The notes under the pieces: model-generated | What the model was told of the DNA's origin: nothing | Seen by the model: only the letters and a program-made list of their open reading frames with translations | Databases searched by the model: none | Translations under genes and position numbers: made by a program | Virus record (IMG/VR): IMGVR_UViG_3300037780_000214 | Location: 1-33,857 of that record | Source of the DNA: a virus | Lineage: Duplodnaviria > Caudoviricetes | Direction: 5' to 3' (one strand) | DNA length: 33,857 nt | In this document: positions 17,770 through 27,303 of the stretch, piece by piece | Layout of the letters: each line of letters begins with the position of its first letter | How positions within the stretch are numbered: position 1 is the first letter of the stretch

Positions 17770-18279
17770 TCAGATGGACAGGGCGGTGCGGCGCGCGGCC
17801 AGTCGGTCGACCCCGTTTACGATGTGGATCATGTTGACCACGTCGATCTCGATCAGCGCTTGGCCGTCGACCATGTACTTTAAGTAGGTCAGGGACTGGC
17901 TCACCTTGGCCTCATTCGGCTCACCGGCCTTCACCGTGCCGAAATCGAATTTCGTGATCCGGCCGCGCATGGCGACCTCGATCGCCTGACTGAGGGTTTC
18001 GCCGTCGTCGGCCTCCGCCGCCCCCAGGAAACGGGACCGAACGCCGCTTGCATCCGCCACACCCCACAAGGCCAGGGTTTCCTTGTGGAATTCCTTCAGC
18101 GTGTATTCGGCGGTCAGCTTTTCCAGCCCCATATCCAGGTCGACGGGGGCAAGCATGCCCCCGGCGCGATGTTCGTCGGCCTGCATGGACAGGGACGGCA
18201 GCGTTACTTCCGTGGCGATGCCCAGCAAAGGCGAACCGTCCACGAAATAGTTGAAGTTCTTCAGTACCCTCGGGAGCAT
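17770..18279 (-). CDS. FII: Major tail tube protein
   Basis: MLPRVLKNFN...RAGGM....DLDMG...IEIDVVNMI...GVDRLA. Confidence 0.95.
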   Translation of the reverse strand: MLPRVLKNFNYFVDGSPLLGIATEVTLPSLSMQADEHRAGGMLAPVDLDMGLEKLTAEYTLKEFHKETLALWGVADASGVRSRFLGAAEADDGETLSQAIEVAMRGRITKFDFGTVKAGEPNEAKVSQSLTYLKYMVDGQALIEIDVVNMIHIVNGVDRLAARRTALSI

Positions 18280-18326
18280 GTCGGATGCCTCCTATCTCGG
18301 TTGCGTTTGACGGGATCCGAAGGTGC

Positions 18327-19496
18327 CTACGCGGCCATCATGGCGGCGAAGTCCATCAGATATTCGTCGGTGATTTCCTGATAGAAGGTCAGGTCTTCCA
18401 GCGGCGGAACCGGCGTGTACTTGTAGGAAACGCGCAGCTTGCCCGCCTTCAGCGTATCCTTCGTGTTCTTCGCCGGATCGACCCAGGCTTCCCCGCCGAT
18501 CAGGTAGTGATTGCCGACCAGGTCGGCGAACTTCGCATTGACGCCATCGACGATGTCGCGGGCGATGGTCGGGTGCAGCGGCTTGTCCACCGCCCAGAAA
18601 TGCGCCTCGGCCATCGTGTCCGCCAGGACCTGCGCCGTCCGGGTGTAGCTTTCGAAGGCGAACAGCGGATCGGCGGAGCACGTCCGGTTCCCCCAGAAGC
18701 GATAACCCTTCTCGTTGATCAGGGTGGTCACTTCGTTCTCGTTGAGATAGCCCGCATCGTTGGCGGAGGACTGCAAGTCCCAATGGACATCCTTCGACAG
18801 GCCGGCAACGCCGTTGACCGGGACATTCGACAGGGTCTTGTGCCAGCCGATATCGTGGTCGATCTTGGCGCGCAGGCCCAGGGCGCGCGCCGTTGCCCAG
18901 GCACTGACCTTGGCGTTCGCGACGGTGTCCCAGGCCGTGAAGTCAGGCCAGATCACCATGGCCTCCCGCGCCCCGATATTCTCCCGGTACGCGACCGCAT
19001 CTTCCTTGGTCTCCGCGCCGAAGGCGGACAGATAGGTGAAGCCGCGAAGCGCCTGCGCGATCGAGACCATCTCGGCCGCGACAAATTCGTCGTCCAGGCC
19101 CGGCACCCCCAGGATGCGCGGCACCACGTTCAACTCTGCCTTCGCGGCGGTCAGGGCCTGAATGCCCGTCTTTTGGCCGTTCACGACGCCGCCGATGATG
19201 TTGGATCGGGTCTCCGCTTCGTCGGCGCCGACCGCGACTCGGACGGCAACGCCAACCGGGTTGCACTGATCCTTGATCGCGTCGAACACATAGGGGGCGG
19301 TACCGGTATCGCCAGCCTTGTCGATCGCATCGTAGATGTCGGTGATCAGTACCGGGCGGTTGAGGGGGAAGGTGTCCGCGTCCGCATCCTCTCCGGTAAC
19401 CACGACCCCGAAGACGGCCGTGCTTATCGTCCGGATCGGGCGGGTCCCGTTGTTGACCTCGATAACGCGTACGCCGTGATGGAAGTCCGCAGCCAT
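18327..19496 (-). CDS. FI: Contractile tail sheath protein
   Basis: FHHGVRVIE...PRILGVPG...GWHKTLSN...GYRFWGNRT...YTPVPPLEDL. Confidence 0.97.
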   Translation of the reverse strand: MAADFHHGVRVIEVNNGTRPIRTISTAVFGVVVTGEDADADTFPLNRPVLITDIYDAIDKAGDTGTAPYVFDAIKDQCNPVGVAVRVAVGADEAETRSNIIGGVVNGQKTGIQALTAAKAELNVVPRILGVPGLDDEFVAAEMVSIAQALRGFTYLSAFGAETKEDAVAYRENIGAREAMVIWPDFTAWDTVANAKVSAWATARALGLRAKIDHDIGWHKTLSNVPVNGVAGLSKDVHWDLQSSANDAGYLNENEVTTLINEKGYRFWGNRTCSADPLFAFESYTRTAQVLADTMAEAHFWAVDKPLHPTIARDIVDGVNAKFADLVGNHYLIGGEAWVDPAKNTKDTLKAGKLRVSYKYTPVPPLEDLTFYQEITDEYLMDFAAMMAA

Positions 19497-19521
19497 GTTG
19501 GGGGTTCCTTTCGATTGGGCT

Positions 19522-19827
19522 TCAGGTTTTGGCGGTCAGCCGGACGATGTCGTCGCGGAGCTGGTCGAACTGGCGATCGATGTGACGTTCCAGGTCCGTC
19601 TTCAGATTCTGCATCTGATCGGTCCGGACATAGGTGTGCGCGACGACGACTTGATAGGACTTGAATTCGTCGCTCAGGCCGTTGTGGCGGCTCCATAGGC
19701 GTTCGGTCGACGACGTGTTCGCCTTGCCGCGCAACGCGTTCCAGGACCAAGCCAGGACGCCGGACAGGGCGCCGGCCCCGATGCCGGCGAGTATCCAAAG
19801 TTGACCGATTGTTGCCGCGGTTTCCAT
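19522..19827 (-). CDS. Membrane protein (N-terminal TM + coiled coil); holin candidate
   Basis: LWILAGIGAGALSGVLAWSW TM; GGAGA RBS before ATG 19827. Confidence 0.6.
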   Translation of the reverse strand: METAATIGQLWILAGIGAGALSGVLAWSWNALRGKANTSSTERLWSRHNGLSDEFKSYQVVVAHTYVRTDQMQNLKTDLERHIDRQFDQLRDDIVRLTAKT

Positions 19828-19835
19828 CGTGTCTC

Positions 19836-20312
19836 CTATGCCGGCCAGATTAGGGTCGAAAGAATGCCGTCGATTTCCTCGACCGACTGCGCCGTGCGAA
19901 CCGCGTTCTTCGCGGAAAGCCGCGTCATGCGAATCGCATCGAGCGCCGCCAGCCAAGGGTCGCGGGTGAGGTTGATCACTTCCGCCGCCTGGACGATTGT
20001 CGCGACCGGATTCCCGGTGCGCGGGTCGATCGTTCCGGCCACGACATCGGCTTCCAGGGCCGGCCAATTGCCGGGACCTTCAGACCCCGGATCGGCTAAC
20101 GCCAAGAGGCTCGCGGCGCGTTCGGCGGCGCGCTCATATTCCGCGGATTTTCGTGCGGATAGTGTCTCGGTAATCCTGTCGGCTGCGGCGTCGGCTTCAG
20201 CCTCGATACGTTTGATCGCCATGTCGATCGCATCGATCAAGACAGGCGCCGCTGTCGCGACTGTTCCTCGTTGATTTTTCAGGGCGGTGATCAGTTTGCT
20301 GCGCGCTTCCAT
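19836..20312 (-). CDS. Putative tail fibre assembly/chaperone protein
   Basis: Directly after the fibre gene; EY...A, PALEAD, R..AK..V..A..VEEID...IW pattern seen in fibre-associated proteins. Confidence 0.6.
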   Translation of the reverse strand: MEARSKLITALKNQRGTVATAAPVLIDAIDMAIKRIEAEADAAADRITETLSARKSAEYERAAERAASLLALADPGSEGPGNWPALEADVVAGTIDPRTGNPVATIVQAAEVINLTRDPWLAALDAIRMTRLSAKNAVRTAQSVEEIDGILSTLIWPA

Positions 20313-20317
20313 GTTCC

Positions 20318-21973
20318 TTACTCCGCATCCGGAACGTAGGCATCGAACTCGAAATAGAGACCTTCAATGATGTTCAGTTGGCCGCTGACACTTGTCCCGA
20401 CCCCGGGCAGGTCACAGTGTCCGAACAGCACATGCCGACCGGTCTCTGTGACGCCCAACTTCTCGAAAATGATCGGTGTGTACGGCGCTGCATCGTCAGA
20501 GCGGATGCCCGCCGATACCTCACCGGCCGCGTAGTCCGGGTCAGGCGCTCCGGGCGCCGGCCCTCCGATTGCCAACATGTAACCTTTGGTCGGCGGAGTG
20601 TTGATGGCGATCGGCTGCGTGTTGAACCGCATCAGTTCAGGCCCGAAGGTCTGGACGATTGAGACGTTCCGAATGTCCTCCGGTTGATGGTCGTAGCAAT
20701 GAAAGGCAATCAGAGCATCGCCGGGGATCGTCACAACTGAGGTATAGACGAGTGCCCCGTCGATACGGAGTGTGACTTGTCCGGCTTCATCAAGCGCGAG
20801 GGTGAAGACGCGAGAATGGGCCGCACCAACAGAAATATTCGTGTCGATAACCGGCAGCGACCCGTTTGAGGCTTCGTAAGGCGTTAGGTGTATTTCGCCG
20901 CCGGCGTCCCCCATGCCTAAGTAGATGCCGCCCACTGCGTTTACGAAGTTCGTGACGGAAAGACTTGAACTCGCGCTTCCTACGGCCGACGCCGGGAAAA
21001 TGGACGGCGCGCCATAGCCTGTTAATGCCGTCGTGAAACTGATTTCGAACGGCGGTTCAAGAGGCCAGGTGGACCAGACGTTCCCCCATGTCGAATTGTT
21101 CGGCGCGGTACCCGCCATCGAGTCGGCCGTAAGGGTGATGTAGGGGTGCGTGGTGAAACTCAGGCTGCCATGGAGGGTATGCAGAACGTGACCGCTATTG
21201 TTCAGCCGCGCGTTCGGTGCGTCATGGTTGAAGCCTGTAGAAGAAAAGAAGTGAAGTCGCGATAGATTGACCAACGGATCCGGCGCCGCTCCCAATCGAA
21301 CGGACGTTTTCTCTTCGTGCATAGCGTCGAGCAGATCGTTGAGAAGATCCGATTTCTTCTCGTTTAGGCGATCCGCTTCGAACGCATTTGCAAGGCCAAT
21401 TGGCGTGACTGCCCTATCATCGCGCTCGAACGCTTGTGTCTCGACAGGAGTTGCGAGTTCGACCTTGCCTGCCAGCACATCCGTTGCCATTGGCACATTG
21501 TTCGAAATGGCATCATCGACATACTGACGGCTGGCAATGGTGACGGTCGGATCGATATCCAGCGTCACAAGTTCGGTGTTCGTCACCGCCATGATGAACC
21601 GGATACGCATGTCGGAAATCGCACCCTGCGCGCCGACCGGCTTATAGGTTGATGGATGCCGCGCGATGGCGATCAGGCTTCCATTGCCGTCGATCAGGCC
21701 GGCTTCCTGGATATTCCAGCCGCCGACATTGGCCGGAATCACCGCTTCGATGACGATCCAGTTCGGATTGTCGGGGTCGATCGTCACGGATACAGGCGCA
21801 CCACGCCACGTCTCTTGGATCAGGGCGCCGGCGGCTTGCTTGTTCGGCAACGTGTCCGGATCGCCGGATCCTACCGCCAGGAAGGAGATATCGACGGTAT
21901 CGGCTGAAAGGGCGGCATTGGTCAGCGCTGCCTCGCCGGCGGTGGTCAGGACGCTCCAATAGTCTTGGGGCAT
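20318..21973 (-). CDS. H: Tail fibre / receptor-binding protein (gpH-like N-terminus)
   Basis: LTTAG..., IPANVGGWNIQEAGL, YKP, IDPTVTIASRQYVD conserved P2 H N-terminus; divergent C-terminus. Confidence 0.9.
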   Translation of the reverse strand: MPQDYWSVLTTAGEAALTNAALSADTVDISFLAVGSGDPDTLPNKQAAGALIQETWRGAPVSVTIDPDNPNWIVIEAVIPANVGGWNIQEAGLIDGNGSLIAIARHPSTYKPVGAQGAISDMRIRFIMAVTNTELVTLDIDPTVTIASRQYVDDAISNNVPMATDVLAGKVELATPVETQAFERDDRAVTPIGLANAFEADRLNEKKSDLLNDLLDAMHEEKTSVRLGAAPDPLVNLSRLHFFSSTGFNHDAPNARLNNSGHVLHTLHGSLSFTTHPYITLTADSMAGTAPNNSTWGNVWSTWPLEPPFEISFTTALTGYGAPSIFPASAVGSASSSLSVTNFVNAVGGIYLGMGDAGGEIHLTPYEASNGSLPVIDTNISVGAAHSRVFTLALDEAGQVTLRIDGALVYTSVVTIPGDALIAFHCYDHQPEDIRNVSIVQTFGPELMRFNTQPIAINTPPTKGYMLAIGGPAPGAPDPDYAAGEVSAGIRSDDAAPYTPIIFEKLGVTETGRHVLFGHCDLPGVGTSVSGQLNIIEGLYFEFDAYVPDAE

Positions 21974-21974
21974 G

Positions 21975-22610
21975 CTACGCGGCTCCGAATGGGGTTAGGG
22001 TGATGGTCGTGCCGTAGTGGGACGCGACCGCCAGGCAGGGCGCGCCCATGATCTCAGGGTCCTCGGGCAGGACAGGAAGGATCGTGATCTCGCTGCCCGC
22101 CGCGACGGCCGACGACAGACGCGGCGCGGATTTCGACGCGATCCGGACGGTCAGAAGATCCAGGTGTGACTTCGCATTCTTGTAGACGCCGACCGCGGCG
22201 AACACGGTGGCGATTTCCGCCTCGGTCATGCCACGGGAAAACAGGTCGACTTCGACGCGGAAGCGCCCCTTGTCCAGCGGGGCCTCGGCAGAGGCTTCCC
22301 ACCATTCGATAACGCTGGCCTCGAAATCCATCGCCGCCAGGCCAAGCTCGATGGCGCCGGGCGTGCCCTTGATCCGGTGAACGATCAGCGACGATGCGAT
22401 GACCTGCCGCTTGACCGAAACCGGCCAGGCCGGATTCCAGATGTCGACGGACCGTTGCCAGGCCAGCCAGGGCAGGAACGGCTCGGGGCATTTCCACGGG
22501 TCCAGGATGTCGGCGATGGGTACCGGGATGCCTTCGATGCGAACGGCAATCGCGATGTCCAGGGCCTTCTCCGGTGCTTCCGAGTTCGGGGGCAGCAGCG
22601 TTTCGGTCAT
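21975..22610 (-). CDS. I: Baseplate/tail protein gpI
   Basis: LLPPNS...CPEPFLPWLAW..SVD.W...HRIKGT; ATG 22610. Confidence 0.92.
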   Translation of the reverse strand: MTETLLPPNSEAPEKALDIAIAVRIEGIPVPIADILDPWKCPEPFLPWLAWQRSVDIWNPAWPVSVKRQVIASSLIVHRIKGTPGAIELGLAAMDFEASVIEWWEASAEAPLDKGRFRVEVDLFSRGMTEAEIATVFAAVGVYKNAKSHLDLLTVRIASKSAPRLSSAVAAGSEITILPVLPEDPEIMGAPCLAVASHYGTTITLTPFGAA

Positions 22611-23506
22611 GCCGCGCCCCCCTGTGTCAGGGTGACAGTGCCGGGTACCGCGAACTGCGCCGGCGTCGGCTCGACATCGGCCGCGGGTTCGGTCAGGTCG
22701 ACCTTCCACACCCCCGCTACGGAAAGCGCGGCCGACAGGCCGGACCGGGTATTGGGCATGCCGAGGATGCCGCGTTTCGCCAGATAGGTCTGCAGGGCGG
22801 CATCAGCGGCGGCGAGTACGACCGCTGGGTCCGGACCGTCTTCAATCCAAAGAGTTGCGGTCACGTCGAAGGGAAGCGCGGATGCAGCCTGCACGGTGAC
22901 CTGGTCGGACAGGGGGCGCACAGTGCGATTGTGCGACAAGGCGGCGCTCACGGCGTCCAGGACCTCCGCCGACGCGATACCGTCATTGTCGATGGTCTGG
23001 ACGGTCACCAGGATTGCGACCGGTTCGGGCTCCTGGACGGACACTTCGCGAACGGAACCGTGCGCCGCCAGGGCGTGGTATCGGTATGCGCCCGCGGGGC
23101 CGGCGGTCGACAGGGCTTCCCAGGACAGTTGAATGCGGGCCCGGAAGTCGTCGTCTTTTTCCCATACCGGCAGGATCGGCGGAACGGCGTCGGGATCGCC
23201 CGGGTCGATCAGCTTGCGGGCCGTCAGCTTATCCGCGCCCAGGTGATCCAGGTTGGTTCCCCAGGATTTCGCCAGCAGGACCGAATGAACGGCGTCATTG
23301 ACGCGGCGGCGCAGGGTCAGTTCGCGATACGCGGCGGTTTCGATCAACTTCGCCGCCGGGTCCGATTCCAGATAGACCGCCGCGCCCTCGGGATAACGTT
23401 CCAGATAGTCGGAACGCAGGGCCTCGACGATGGCTTCGAAGGACAGGGCTTCGACCGCCTCGGGTGCGGGCAGGCCGCTCAGGTCGATTTGGGTGAAGCG
23501 AGTCAT
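22607..23506 (-). CDS. J: Baseplate wedge protein gpJ
   Basis: IDLSGLPAP...ESDP..KL...STAGP.GAY...VRPLSDQV; ATG 23506. Confidence 0.94.
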   Translation of the reverse strand: MTRFTQIDLSGLPAPEAVEALSFEAIVEALRSDYLERYPEGAAVYLESDPAAKLIETAAYRELTLRRRVNDAVHSVLLAKSWGTNLDHLGADKLTARKLIDPGDPDAVPPILPVWEKDDDFRARIQLSWEALSTAGPAGAYRYHALAAHGSVREVSVQEPEPVAILVTVQTIDNDGIASAEVLDAVSAALSHNRTVRPLSDQVTVQAASALPFDVTATLWIEDGPDPAVVLAAADAALQTYLAKRGILGMPNTRSGLSAALSVAGVWKVDLTEPAADVEPTPAQFAVPGTVTLTQGGAA

Positions 23507-23516
23507 ACCGTCCCCT

Positions 23517-23873
23517 TCACGCCGCTTGCGCCATGTCGACGAACAGGTCGACCAGCTCATTGTCGGCGAGTTGACGCCCCTGTACGCGGATGCCGGCGCG
23601 GCCTTGGAAGTCGACCGTTACCAGGACACGATCGATGCGGACGCGCGGCTCCCATCGTGCGACGGCGTCGGCCGCGGCGGCGATCATCCGCAGGCGCCCG
23701 GCCGGGTTGCCCGGCTGATCGACCAGGTCGAAGAAATGACTGCCATAGGTCCGGCGCATGACGCGCGAACCGATCGGCGTCGTTACGATGTCCTGGATCG
23801 ACTGCCGCAGATGGGTGACGCCGTTCAGCGCCTTCCCGGTTTGACGGTTCATGCCGTGGGAAATGTCGATCAC
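23517..23873 (-). CDS. W: Baseplate protein gpW (gp25-like)
   Basis: GMNRQTG...HLRQSIQDI.TTPIGSRVMRR.YGS...WEPR. Confidence 0.94.
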   Translation of the reverse strand: MIDISHGMNRQTGKALNGVTHLRQSIQDIVTTPIGSRVMRRTYGSHFFDLVDQPGNPAGRLRMIAAAADAVARWEPRVRIDRVLVTVDFQGRAGIRVQGRQLADNELVDLFVDMAQAA

Positions 23874-24493
23874 GTCGCCGCCCCTTCTTCCTCGGGGGAC
23901 AGGACCTCGTAAGGCGTAAAGCCTTGATCGGCGGTCGGGGTGACGAAGGAACCGTCCTGCCAGGTCTCCGACTTGAAGTCGGTTCCGCCTTCATGCGTCA
24001 GGCGGGTCGCGCGGCCGGCATGGTCGACATGGTAGTACCCTTCCTCGCCGGTCCGGATCACGACGTTCTTGGCTTCCAGGATCAGGGTCCCTTCGGCGTC
24101 CATTGCCGAAATCGTCAGTGTCTTCGCCGCGGCGTCATGCGCGATCACGGTGCCGTCGTCGAACTGGACGATATCCGCCGCGGGATTGGCGGACGGGGAC
24201 GGTACCGCGTCGGTATTGTAGGTGCCGACCACATGGCCGAGGGCCGGATCTCCGGACGGGCAGACCACCGTCACGGTCGCGCCGATCCGGGGCGGCGACC
24301 AGACCCGAAGATTCGCGCCGACGAAGCCCATCCAAGGCAACCATCCGGACAGACGGTCGCGCAGCCGGACCCGGACGCGCGTCGGGTTGCCGATCGATAC
24401 TTCCTCGATCGGTCCGCGCACGACGACGTTCTCCAGTCGCCGCTTCAGATCGGCGAGTTCGGGGTCGTTGGATCGGTTGGATTTGTCGGACAT
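23870..24493 (-). CDS. V: Baseplate spike protein gpV
   Basis: RVRV...SGWLPW...WSPP.IG..V.V.CPSGD...FDDGT; ATG 24493. Confidence 0.9.
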   Translation of the reverse strand: MSDKSNRSNDPELADLKRRLENVVVRGPIEEVSIGNPTRVRVRLRDRLSGWLPWMGFVGANLRVWSPPRIGATVTVVCPSGDPALGHVVGTYNTDAVPSPSANPAADIVQFDDGTVIAHDAAAKTLTISAMDAEGTLILEAKNVVIRTGEEGYYHVDHAGRATRLTHEGGTDFKSETWQDGSFVTPTADQGFTPYEVLSPEEEGAAT

Positions 24494-24537
24494 GGCGCCA
24501 CCATGCCCGCGCGCGAACGGCGCACGCCATTCTGGCG

Positions 24538-24563
24538 GGGTTGGATTTGGCTTGTTCCAACCC
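24538..24563. promoter_or_regulatory. Late-promoter activator site (V promoter)
   Basis: GGGTTGGA-N10-TCCAACCC upstream of V; identical arms recur at 30987-31012. Confidence 0.75.
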
Positions 24564-24606
24564 GAACACGGTGGACGCGGCGCCATCGGTTCGCGTCGGC
24601 GGTCGG

Positions 24607-25071
24607 TCAGTCGAAGGCGGATTCGAGATGCGCCATGACACGGTCGCGGATCAGTTCCAGGTCGCCATCGGCCAAACCGATCAACTGACGGACCGGATAT
24701 CGCACCTGGCGGGCGCCGGGGGACGGGCGGTCCTTCATGCCGTAATGGTGAATGCGGGCGATGCGCGCGTCGCGGCCGGACCATCCGATCGTCGACCCGT
24801 CCGGGTTCGCGTCGATCGCCATGCGGCGCGCCTGGCGCAGGCCCATCATCATCTTCTTCCTGTCCCGGACTCGCGCGTCTCTTCCCTGCGCTCGCACCCG
24901 GGCCGGCCATTTGTCGCCGTCCGGTCCTGTCTGTTTCGTCAACCGGGATTGGTTCCGCTTCCGCAGGCTTCGCGCGATGTCTCGGAACAGGGATTGCCGG
25001 CGGCGGGGCGCCATGGCCTCGATCGCCATGCGCATCCACTCTTCAAGGCCGTCCAGGGTCTCGACCGGCAT
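24607..25071 (-). CDS. S: Virion morphogenesis / tail completion protein gpS
   Basis: Q.GPDG.KWP.R...RIARIHHYG...YPVRQLIG; ATG 25071. Confidence 0.9.
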   Translation of the reverse strand: MPVETLDGLEEWMRMAIEAMAPRRRQSLFRDIARSLRKRNQSRLTKQTGPDGDKWPARVRAQGRDARVRDRKKMMMGLRQARRMAIDANPDGSTIGWSGRDARIARIHHYGMKDRPSPGARQVRYPVRQLIGLADGDLELIRDRVMAHLESAFD

Positions 25072-25079
25072 GGATCCGC

Positions 25080-25511
25080 CTAGGCCTCCGGTTCGCCTTC
25101 CGGCAGTTCCGGCATTTCCAGAACGATCGCGTTCGGCTCGCCGGGGTACCGAAGCTCGTTGCCGCCTTCGACGACTGTGTGCCGGATGATTTCCCGCAGA
25201 TCGACGGTAAAGGCCAGGTCGCAGGTCCGGCGGTTGATGATGTCGGCGTCGAACTCCATGGCCTGGTCGGGATTGGCGTCCGGCTGGTTCTCCGCCAGCC
25301 ATTGCAGGACAACGAAGACCGCGACCAGGGCGTCGCCTGAGAAATCGGTGATGACGACATTCGCCCGGTAGGAGACCCGGAAACTCAGGTCGGACGGGTC
25401 CAGGGTGCAGGTCACGGTACCGGTTTCGGCGAAGACCAGAAGGTTGTCCTGCTTGATCTTCAGGCCCGGCGCATCCAACAGGTGTTGCCGCAGGGATACC
25501 AGCTTCTTCAC
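25080..25511 (-). CDS. R: Tail completion protein gpR
   Basis: KK..SLR..L...LLVFAETG...WLAENQPD...FDADII; GTG 25511 overlaps the endolysin stop. Confidence 0.88.
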   Translation of the reverse strand: MKKLVSLRQHLLDAPGLKIKQDNLLVFAETGTVTCTLDPSDLSFRVSYRANVVITDFSGDALVAVFVVLQWLAENQPDANPDQAMEFDADIINRRTCDLAFTVDLREIIRHTVVEGGNELRYPGEPNAIVLEMPELPEGEPEA

Positions 25512-26086
25512 GCCGCCGGCCCGCCGATGCCGACCCGGGCGCGGAACCATCCGAAGACGAAACGTTCATCCTTCGGGCGCGCCTCAGCGATTTCGATGTA
25601 CCGCACCCCCTGAAGACTGTTCAACGCGTCCAGCAGAACCCGCAATCCGTCGTGACCTGGCCGGTGCTTCAGGTATGCCGCAAGCGCCGCCAACGATGCC
25701 GGGCCAATGATGTTGTCCAGGATCAGATCCGGATAGACCGTGGCGTTCACATTCAGCGCGTTCAAGGCGCGCTGCAGGAAATGCGCTGCAGTACCGACCC
25801 CCATATTCACGCCGGTATCCGCCAGTTCCTCGGCTATCTCAGGCGAAAGCACATGGATACGGTCCAGGCGCAGGGCGTTCCAATACAGCTCCTCATAGAC
25901 GGCTTGGGCCACTTCCACGGGCATATCGCGCATCGGTCCGTCATAGCCGTAAAGGCGTGCGACCCGTTCCGTGACGCCGTACTTCGTCGCGCCGCCGCTA
26001 TCCTTCGGATCGTCGACGAACCCGCCTTCCCGTTCGATGATATCGGCGATGATCCGGTCGCGCAGTTTGGTTGCCGCCGCGCTCAT
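25508..26086 (-). CDS. Endolysin, glycoside hydrolase family 108 with C-terminal peptidoglycan-binding domain
   Basis: REGGFVDDPKDSGGATKYGVT, DTGVNMG, LQRALN, FVFGWFRARV; ATG 26086. Confidence 0.92.
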   Translation of the reverse strand: MSAAATKLRDRIIADIIEREGGFVDDPKDSGGATKYGVTERVARLYGYDGPMRDMPVEVAQAVYEELYWNALRLDRIHVLSPEIAEELADTGVNMGVGTAAHFLQRALNALNVNATVYPDLILDNIIGPASLAALAAYLKHRPGHDGLRVLLDALNSLQGVRYIEIAEARPKDERFVFGWFRARVGIGGPAA

Positions 26087-26913
26087 GTTCCACCCCCGTC
26101 GAGCGCCGATGCGTAATCGGCGATGCGATGATCCAGGTACAGGACTTCCGGGACGAACCGGCGCCATCCGGATGCCGTCAGGCTCGCCTTGGCGATCCGA
26201 ACCGAACGGTCGATCCAGACCCGCCAGGCCGGCCAACCGTCGCGCAGCGGGCCGTGCGCCGGCAGATAGACCCGCTTCCCGCCATGCCGGTAGCCCATCA
26301 AAAGAAGCGGCAGCATCGGAACGATGTCGGCGCCGCGCTCGATACGCCAATGGGCGGGGCTGTCCCGGTCGAAGTCCGCAGCGAACTCCGAATCGCCGAC
26401 GCGCGGCGCGCCGAACGTATAGGCCGCGGCAAGCTCCATGGCTGGCGAGCGCAGCTCGCCCAAGGCCAGCACCGACAGGGCGCCGCCCAAGGAATGCCCC
26501 GCCAGATAGACCGGACGGGACAGGCCGGACAGGCACGCGGCCAGATCCTCATGGACAAGCGCATAGGCCTCGCGAAAACCGCGATGCACCGTACCGGCAT
26601 AGCGATGCGATCCGACCGTGCGGTCTTCCCGGCGGAATTTCAGATCGGTCAGGATGTCCTCATAGTTCCGTTCGGTGCCGCGGAACACGACGACGGCGGC
26701 TTCAGGCCAGACCAGAACGACGGCTTGCGTCGTGCCCATGGTCAGGAAGGTCGACTGCACCCCGCCGGCCGCCGCGCTCAGTCCCAGGATCCATTCCTGA
26801 TCGTAGACCAGGGCGGACAGGCGGGCGCAGAACAGGGCGCTCTCCCGGTCGAACCGGGAGAGCCCTGCCTTCATCGCGGCGGGTAAGGCCAGGCGATAGG
26901 CGGGATAGGTCAC
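26083..26913 (-). CDS. Class-3 lipase (alpha/beta hydrolase)
   Basis: VFRGT, VHRGF, GHSLGG (Ser), YTFGAPRVG, DIVP (Asp), DH (His). Confidence 0.92.
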   Translation of the reverse strand: MTYPAYRLALPAAMKAGLSRFDRESALFCARLSALVYDQEWILGLSAAAGGVQSTFLTMGTTQAVVLVWPEAAVVVFRGTERNYEDILTDLKFRREDRTVGSHRYAGTVHRGFREAYALVHEDLAACLSGLSRPVYLAGHSLGGALSVLALGELRSPAMELAAAYTFGAPRVGDSEFAADFDRDSPAHWRIERGADIVPMLPLLLMGYRHGGKRVYLPAHGPLRDGWPAWRVWIDRSVRIAKASLTASGWRRFVPEVLYLDHRIADYASALDGGGT

Positions 26914-27287
26914 TGGGCCGCCCCGCCGGAAACCGCTTCCATGACGGCATCGACGACGGAGGCGACCACCTCCGGGGCCGCATCCGCCAGTTTCTCCGCC
27001 ACGGCGCTTTCGACCTGCGCGCGGAGCGCCTGGCCTTGGAATGCCTGACTGCCGGAAGCCGAGTAATGGGCGGTCCCGGCGTTAAGGTCGACGTCCAGGG
27101 CGACATCCTGTTTTTCTTTGCCATCCCAAATGATGGCCCGAACCAGTTTCCCGTCTTCGAAATCGACGGTCGCCTTGGTAATGCCGGCATAGCCTTGCGG
27201 GTTGCCGGGGATGGCGCCGCACCCGGCGACGGCCAGCAGCGACAGGCCGATCGACAACGCCATGACGGCTTTCTTCAGTACGCGCAT
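26910..27287 (-). CDS. Lipoprotein of unknown function
   Basis: Basic N-terminus, hydrophobic core and lipobox LAVAG-C; AAAGGAG RBS. Confidence 0.8.
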   Translation of the reverse strand: MRVLKKAVMALSIGLSLLAVAGCGAIPGNPQGYAGITKATVDFEDGKLVRAIIWDGKEKQDVALDVDLNAGTAHYSASGSQAFQGQALRAQVESAVAEKLADAAPEVVASVVDAVMEAVSGGAAQ

Positions 27288-27303
27288 AATGGTCTCCTTT
27301 CGG

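Noticed and set aside
26910-27287. Lipoprotein as a classical unimolecular spanin
   Set aside because: The C-terminal helix contains several acidic residues and is not a convincing TM segment; no i-spanin partner seen
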